Source: Candidatus Magasanikbacteria bacterium UBA922 (GTDB lineage: Bacteria; Patescibacteriota; Patescibacteriia; Magasanikbacterales; UBA922). From it: a stretch of DNA of 64,000 bases. The position numbers were made by a program, and so were the translations under genes. Positions 59,604-64,000 of this stretch are shown here, piece after piece. Within the stretch, counting starts at the first letter, position 1, and every line of letters begins with the position of its first letter. Below the pieces are notes generated by a model. The model was not told where the DNA came from. It worked only from the letters and a program-made list of their open reading frames with translations, and ran no database searches. The stretch covers positions 18,059-82,058 of the forward strand of contig DBDW01000002.1 of NCBI GenBank assembly GCA_002293825.1, given 5' to 3'.

Positions 59604-62372
59604 TTACATTCTAGATCGCTCAACACGAAGCGTAATACCTGGACCAAGCACAACTACATCTCTGCGACGTAATTCGCCCTTGAGCACCAAATTCGCAAGT
59701 TCATTTTCTACTCGATCCTGAATTGCGCGACGCATGGGTCGAGCACCAAAATCTGGATCAAAGCCTACTCGAGCCAATTCTTCTAATGCAGCATCTTCAA
59801 CTGTAAACCCAACCCCTTTTACCTCCAAATCTTGTGCAACCTGTTTCAACATAAGTCCTGCGATTTGTTTAATTTCAGAATTTTGAAGTGGTTTAAAGAG
59901 CACAATTCCATCAAAACGATTCAAAAATTCAGGACGATAGTAATTTTTGAGCTCGCCACGAATAAGTTCATCACGAATAGACCCAAGCTCAATACCCTGC
60001 TTCAAACGATCAGCAACATAGCTGGTACCCGCATTTGACGTTGCGATAATAATAGTATTGGTAAAATCTACCACCCGACCAGTACTATCAGTCAACCTAC
60101 CATCATCAAGTACTTGTAAAAACAAATTCAAAATATTACTATCAGCTTTTTCAAGTTCATCAAGAAGAACAAGAGAAAAGGGATGCTGTCGTACAGCTTC
60201 AGTCAAAATACCTGACCCTTGTATTCCAGGCTGGCCAATCAATCGATAAATCGCACTTGTATCCTGATATTCACTCATATCAATTCTAATCATACGATTT
60301 TCACCACCAAAATACACACGCGCAATCGTCTTTGCTAATTCAGTCTTACCGACACCAGTAGGTCCGAGAAATAAAAAGCTTGCAATCGGACGATTGTCAG
60401 AACGTATTTCAGCACGAGCTCGACGAAGTGCATTTGCCACCAATACCACCGCCTCACTCTGTCCGATAACCTGAGTATGCATCTCTTCTTCTAATTTTAA
60501 TAATTTTTCAGATTCAGAAGCTGTAATTGATGCCACTGGCACTCCTGTCTTCTCTGCAACTACAGTACCCACATCATCGGCCGATACTAATGTATGCTCA
60601 CCATGAGCACTTCGAGCATAACTACCAGCCTCGCTCATGAGTGCAAGTGCGCTTTGTGGTAAATTTTGATCAGTAAAAAACTTATGTGCAAGAATTACAC
60701 TCTTTTCAAGTGCATCATAAGAAAAAAACACGCGCGTTTGATATTCAATCGTACCTGCTTTTGACTCAAGCACTCGAATCGCCTGATTAATATCCATCTC
60801 ACGAATATCAATTTTTGAAAACACCGTCCCAATCTCAGAATGCGAAATTGTGCGCGCATACACATCAGGTAGCGTGGTAGCAAACATGACAAATCGCTGA
60901 CTTCTGAGATACTCAGCAAGAGATTCAGACACGTCCAACCCCTGCCCCTGTGCATCAGACACACCCATGAGATCATGAATATTATCAATAAAAAGTATAA
61001 TATTTCGAGCTCGAGTAACCTCATTCATAATACGAATCAAACGTTCCTGAGCTCCTGCAGCAGTAGTACCAGCAAGAAGTGATGTCGTAGAAATTTGCAC
61101 CATCCGCTTATCCTGCAATAATTTTGGTACATCTCCCCTAATCATACGTTCTACAAGACCCTGCACAATTGTCATTTTTCCCACACCATGATCCCCCACC
61201 AACATGATGTTACGCCCACCACCTTCGATAATGCGCAAAATTTCATCAATTTCCTGATCTCGAGCTACACACGTATCGATATCTCCATATTTTGCAGCAA
61301 TCGTAAGATCACGACTAAGCTGATTGAGTGCAGGAGTAGCTACCGCAGTCATTGCACGATCCATCCCATGTTTGGAAATTCCTGCTGCAGCACGTGCAAA
61401 AACATGATATTTTTCATACAATGTTTCCCGAATACGAGCCCATTCTATAACATTATCAAGTTTTACTTTATCGACCTCAAGGTCATAAAGCATTTCTTGT
61501 AACACTTCACTATGCTCGACCGTCGCTTTCAGAAAAGTGGTTGCCCGAATTAATGGATCACGATTGTTTCGAGTAATAAAATATGCACGAAAAACAACAT
61601 CTTCAGCGTCAGGAGCAAAAATAGGAGAAAATCGTTTTGGCGACTTATCTCCAAACAATTTTGCAATATGCGCCTGAAGTGCGCCAGCCTGAATTCGCAA
61701 TCTAACACAAATATTGCGCACACTATCTTCTGACAAAAGTGTATATGCGATATGTAGTGCAGTGACATGCGTATGCCCATATGCACGCGCAAGTTCAAAA
61801 CTTTTTTGTATCACTCGTTCAGACTCATGAGACAGGTATTTCGACATGTCAAGATATCGAGAACGACGCATATTTCTCACCTCTTCCCAGGTCGTCGGAG
61901 CAGAAGATACCGTATCAAGAACATTCTTCGAAAGAGGTATCCCATGATATAAAAAACGAATATGAGGAGTTCTCCCTCGAACAATTCGATACCACACATA
62001 CATAAGTCCTAAAAAACCAAGCCACACAAATGCTCGATAGGCATTCCCTGCAGTAGGACCAAACCAAAAAAGTAATGACAACAAATCTTCACTATGTCCC
62101 GCCCGATATGCATAATAAAAAAACCACCCAAAAAGAGCACCTGAACCAGTGAGTGCACCAACAATACGTAGCACATTCAATATTTTTCGACCTTTTCGTA
62201 ATTTGATTGCGTATTCAGTGTACTGCTCACCAAAATACACAAACGTCTCACGATCCAAAACACCCTGAATCATGCCCTGACACTGAGGACATACACGCCC
62301 TTTTTCCTTCCCTGTTCCCTGACACAGGGTACACACGAGAACAGGCAACGATGAAACTTTGGAAAAAAGCAT
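59604..62372 (-). CDS. ClpA/B-like double AAA+ ATPase with N-terminal zinc finger and TM helices
   Basis: CTLCQGTG..CPQCQG; TM segments; Clp N-domain; GDHGVGKMT; GPTGVGKTE, RIDMSEY, LLDELEKA, PEFLNRFD, FGARPMRR. Confidence 0.9.
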   Translation of the reverse strand: MLFSKVSSLPVLVCTLCQGTGKEKGRVCPQCQGMIQGVLDRETFVYFGEQYTEYAIKLRKGRKILNVLRIVGALTGSGALFGWFFYYAYRAGHSEDLLSLLFWFGPTAGNAYRAFVWLGFLGLMYVWYRIVRGRTPHIRFLYHGIPLSKNVLDTVSSAPTTWEEVRNMRRSRYLDMSKYLSHESERVIQKSFELARAYGHTHVTALHIAYTLLSEDSVRNICVRLRIQAGALQAHIAKLFGDKSPKRFSPIFAPDAEDVVFRAYFITRNNRDPLIRATTFLKATVEHSEVLQEMLYDLEVDKVKLDNVIEWARIRETLYEKYHVFARAAAGISKHGMDRAMTAVATPALNQLSRDLTIAAKYGDIDTCVARDQEIDEILRIIEGGGRNIMLVGDHGVGKMTIVQGLVERMIRGDVPKLLQDKRMVQISTTSLLAGTTAAGAQERLIRIMNEVTRARNIILFIDNIHDLMGVSDAQGQGLDVSESLAEYLRSQRFVMFATTLPDVYARTISHSEIGTVFSKIDIREMDINQAIRVLESKAGTIEYQTRVFFSYDALEKSVILAHKFFTDQNLPQSALALMSEAGSYARSAHGEHTLVSADDVGTVVAEKTGVPVASITASESEKLLKLEEEMHTQVIGQSEAVVLVANALRRARAEIRSDNRPIASFLFLGPTGVGKTELAKTIARVYFGGENRMIRIDMSEYQDTSAIYRLIGQPGIQGSGILTEAVRQHPFSLVLLDELEKADSNILNLFLQVLDDGRLTDSTGRVVDFTNTIIIATSNAGTSYVADRLKQGIELGSIRDELIRGELKNYYRPEFLNRFDGIVLFKPLQNSEIKQIAGLMLKQVAQDLEVKGVGFTVEDAALEELARVGFDPDFGARPMRRAIQDRVENELANLVLKGELRRRDVVVLGPGITLRVERSRM

Positions 62373-62378
62373 ACGAAA

Positions 62379-62729
62379 CTAAAATGAATAAATCAGTGTA
62401 TATATAATAAAAATTGGAAGAACGATCCATAACAAAAAAGTAACACAGGAAACAATTACCCAACACAACAAAAAAACTGACCGCACACACACATTGACCA
62501 GACGTACAAAAAAACTCACCAATCTTCCCTGCCAATCATACTGCCCAAACATGGGAACAAAAATATGTGCAATCCATACTCCCGGTGCAAATTGCGCATT
62601 CCCTGCTGCAATCATACGTGCAGAAAAACGCCCAGCTCTCACAATCCCTGCGGTATACCACCATAGTGGCGCGTATATAAAATCAAAAAGAAATTCAAGT
62701 ACTAAGCGCTGTAAAATTAAAATCCACAT
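62379..62729 (-). CDS. Small membrane protein upstream of the Clp ATPase
   Basis: Hydrophobic; PLWWY, FVPMFGQYDWQGRLVSFFVR; its stop lies 6 nt from the clp start. Confidence 0.75.
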   Translation of the reverse strand: MWILILQRLVLEFLFDFIYAPLWWYTAGIVRAGRFSARMIAAGNAQFAPGVWIAHIFVPMFGQYDWQGRLVSFFVRLVNVCVRSVFLLCWVIVSCVTFLLWIVLPIFIIYTLIYSF

Positions 62730-62830
62730 ACAAAAAATAATTTATACCAGTATATCACAAAATATGTAGAAATAACGAATACTAACAATACGTCACGTAT
62801 AACAAAAAACTCCCTAGTAAGGGAGTCGTA

Positions 62831-63175
62831 TTATCGCTTTGCTACAATATCACCCGCAAGAACGGCATAGTGAGGGTTCGAGACAGGTTCGTACTGAAAT
62901 TCATTCAATCGTTCGCGGACAGTCTTGATAGAGGTATGACGTGCAATTTCGACATCCAGACTTCGAGTTTCACGTTCGAGTTGTGTCAATTTTTTCTCAT
63001 AATCAGAAATCACATATCCTTTTGCAGAAACGGTGTTAACTTGCCACATATACAAAATACCAACCACAAACATGAGCACCGACAACATACTTCGGAATGT
63101 TCTTCCAAGAATAATTTTCCTAATATGCTCTCGTTTATCTTTCAGTGTTGTTTTTTTTCGTGCGTATGCGTTCAT
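62831..63175 (-). CDS. ftsL: FtsL-like cell division protein
   Basis: Basic N-terminus, single TM, coiled coil; overlaps the rsmH stop (ATGA). Confidence 0.7.
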   Translation of the reverse strand: MNAYARKKTTLKDKREHIRKIILGRTFRSMLSVLMFVVGILYMWQVNTVSAKGYVISDYEKKLTQLERETRSLDVEIARHTSIKTVRERLNEFQYEPVSNPHYAVLAGDIVAKR

Positions 63176-64000
63176 ACTTTTTTTAAAATACGTAACTTTG
63201 CCGATCGCGCTCGAGGATTGTCTCTATATTCACGCTCACTCGCCACAATCGGTTTTTTGGTGAGAATAATAAATGCTGTACCTGCGTGTTTTTTAAAATA
63301 ATGTTTGACAATACGATCTTCAAGTGAGTGAAATGTGATAACTGCAAGCACTCCACCTGGAGCCAAGAGTCGAAGCGCTTGTGGGAGTACACGCTCGATC
63401 GTACCCAATTCATCATTGACTGCGATTCTAAGTGCTTGAAAAACTTTTGTGGCGGGATGCAATCCTCCTACCCATGGTATTTCCTTGTCAGTCTTGAGCT
63501 TGGTGCGATACGTTTTGAGTACTACCTCGACTAACTGCCCTACCGTCGTAAGTGCTGTTTCTTTTCGCGCGACAGACAATGCATATGCAATCTCACTCGA
63601 CAATCTTTCTTCACCATACACACGAAATATGTCTTCAAGCTCCTCGACAGAGGACTCTGCAATCAATTCTGCGGCAGTTCGTCTAGAAGAATCATTGATA
63701 CCCCCATACCGCATATCTAAAATCTCATCTGGATTCTGAAAACTGAATCCACGTTTTCGCTCCTCGAATTGTGGTGTAGACCATCCAAAATCCATCAAAA
63801 TTCCATCAACAGGACCAAATGAATGAGCTGCAACAATAGACTCGAGATGCTCAAAATTCTCTCGTGCATATATCACCGCATCAGCATATGTATGAAGGAA
63901 ATGCTTCGCACGAAGTAGTGCCTCAGGATCAGCATCAATACCAAGGAGAAGACCACCAGGAGTAATCCGCTCCAAAATCGCCTCACTATGCCCACCATCT
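63172..64000 (-). CDS. rsmH: 16S rRNA m4C1402 methyltransferase RsmH (5' end outside the window)
   Basis: Frame open to the window edge (DGGHSEAIL); GIDAD, LDMR, HPATKVFQALRIAVNDEL, FHSLEDRIVK, NPRARSAKLR. Confidence 0.97.
   Translation of the reverse strand, partial: DGGHSEAILERITPGGLLLGIDADPEALLRAKHFLHTYADAVIYARENFEHLESIVAAHSFGPVDGILMDFGWSTPQFEERKRGFSFQNPDEILDMRYGGINDSSRRTAAELIAESSVEELEDIFRVYGEERLSSEIAYALSVARKETALTTVGQLVEVVLKTYRTKLKTDKEIPWVGGLHPATKVFQALRIAVNDELGTIERVLPQALRLLAPGGVLAVITFHSLEDRIVKHYFKKHAGTAFIILTKKPIVASEREYRDNPRARSAKLRILKKV

Overview
A 64-kb, gene-dense, mostly AT-rich bacterial chromosome segment read with the standard genetic code (TGA is used as a stop). Gene content and style (DUF5652, DUF192, PEGA protein, stand-alone riboflavin kinase, membrane-anchored Clp ATPase, few Shine-Dalgarno sites, no complete amino-acid pathway) point by inference to a Patescibacteria/CPR (Parcubacteria/ABY1-like) genome. 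Housekeeping genes: secD, secF, secA, hpf, murB, murA, mraY, glyA, tsaE, rarA, cls, pyrG, rplI, era, ctpA, dnaB, ybaB, recR, rplU, ftsL, rsmH. A rhamnose/glycosyltransferase surface-glycan locus spans about 38-55 kb. I saw no tRNA, rRNA, CRISPR array, transposase or integrase. Best candidates for undescribed biology: (1) a Trm9/ALKBH8-like methyltransferase fused to a Nudix domain, head-to-head with Elp3, suggesting a eukaryote/archaea-type mcm5U34 tRNA pathway in a bacterium; (2) a 12.4-21.7 kb cluster of ATP-grasp ligase, NlpC/P60-like peptidase, divergent MraY, aminoacyl-tRNA transferase, Mpl, a LysW-like carrier ending in Lys and a fold-II PLP enzyme, suggesting carrier-based amino-acid or peptidoglycan tailoring/salvage; (3) SecD with two inserted parvulin domains; (4) GC-rich single-gene inserts, one flanked by a duplicated terminator+promoter unit; (5) a membrane-anchored, zinc-finger Clp ATPase with a degenerate first Walker B. 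All family calls come from motif recognition by eye, not from database searches.
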